This document shows, piece by piece, positions 63,849 to 64,000 of a stretch of DNA of 64,000 nt. Under the pieces are notes generated by a model, which searched no databases, was not told the DNA's origin, and worked only from the letters and a program-made list of their open reading frames with translations. Position 1 is the first letter of the stretch. Each line of letters starts with the position of its first letter. The DNA lies in assembly GCA_036383895.1 (NCBI GenBank), contig DASVNK010000022.1, positions 33,738-97,737 of the forward strand, written 5' to 3'. This stretch comes from Verrucomicrobiia bacterium (GTDB taxonomy: Bacteria; Verrucomicrobiota; Verrucomicrobiia; Limisphaerales; SXQI01). Both the position numbers and the translations under genes were made by a program.

Positions 63849-64000
63849 TCAAAGGGGGATCGCCTCGTCGATGAGGAGGACGGGGATGCTGTTGCGGATG
63901 GGGTATGCGAATTTCCGGTCCTGTCGGATGAAGGCAGAATCGATGGGATCGGTGATGGGTTTGCCCGCGCGGTTTTTTAATTCGCTATTTTTGATCTTGG
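63849..64000 (-). CDS. Trm112/UPF0434-family small protein, C-terminal part (5' end beyond window)
   Basis: Minus-strand translation ..KIKNSELKNRAGKPITDPIDSAFIRQDRKFAYPIRNSIPVLLIDEAIPL* matches the Trm112-like C-terminal signature (..AYPIRDGIPVML.DEA..). Confidence 0.6.
   Translation of the reverse strand, partial: KIKNSELKNRAGKPITDPIDSAFIRQDRKFAYPIRNSIPVLLIDEAIPL

Noticed and set aside
1-64000. Global reassignment of UGA to a sense codon
   Set aside because: Many well-supported genes terminate at TGA at the expected family length (for example 540..542, 988..990, 40452..40454). The window also carries a dedicated tRNA-Sec with SelA/SelB. UGA is therefore stop by default and Sec only locally.
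1-64000. Mobile genetic element / genomic island boundaries (tRNA genes at 13.1, 19.4, 20.1 and 35.8 kb)
   Set aside because: I could recognise no integrase, transposase, phage genes or direct repeats duplicating tRNA 3' ends next to any of the four tRNAs.

Overview
GC-rich chromosomal segment that looks like a Verrucomicrobiota/PVC-group genome. Supporting markers are two prepilin-type H-X9-DG (DUF1559) proteins, a PVC-type dehydrogenase/HEAT/CxxCH protein and a VPDxG-type PEP-CTERM anchor. I can support about 65 protein genes and 4 tRNAs (Sec, Glu, Gly, Pro). I found no rRNA, no CRISPR array and no recognisable transposase or integrase. Most genes are ordinary housekeeping or envelope genes: lpxB, aminotransferase, dehydrogenases, an ExbB/ExbD/TonB-like set, glycosyltransferase, two-component parts.

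Three regions stand out.

(1) 7.5-13.5 kb, minus strand: a compact selenocysteine island, in the order SelW-like CxxU selenoprotein, tRNA-Sec (selC), selD, selA, selB. The SelW-like gene is missing from the ORF track because of its in-frame TGA. The selD N-terminus is also hidden behind an in-frame TGA. Directly downstream is an outer-membrane beta-barrel gene whose signal peptide is separated from the barrel by a single in-frame TGA. That gene is either a candidate new selenoprotein or a pseudogene.

(2) 35.9-40.9 kb: an MglA-like Ras-family GTPase with MglB. A 670-aa Pro/Ala-rich protein carrying a roadblock domain sits upstream. A REC-DUF4388(PATAN) regulator operon lies divergent to it, across a perfect palindrome.

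(3) 1.6-5.4 kb: a transglutaminase-like / porin / transglutaminase-like / Mop operon behind a strongly structured 5' leader.

Several short tandem or hairpin repeat clusters occupy unusually long intergenic gaps. All functional calls come from motif recognition by eye; no database search was run.
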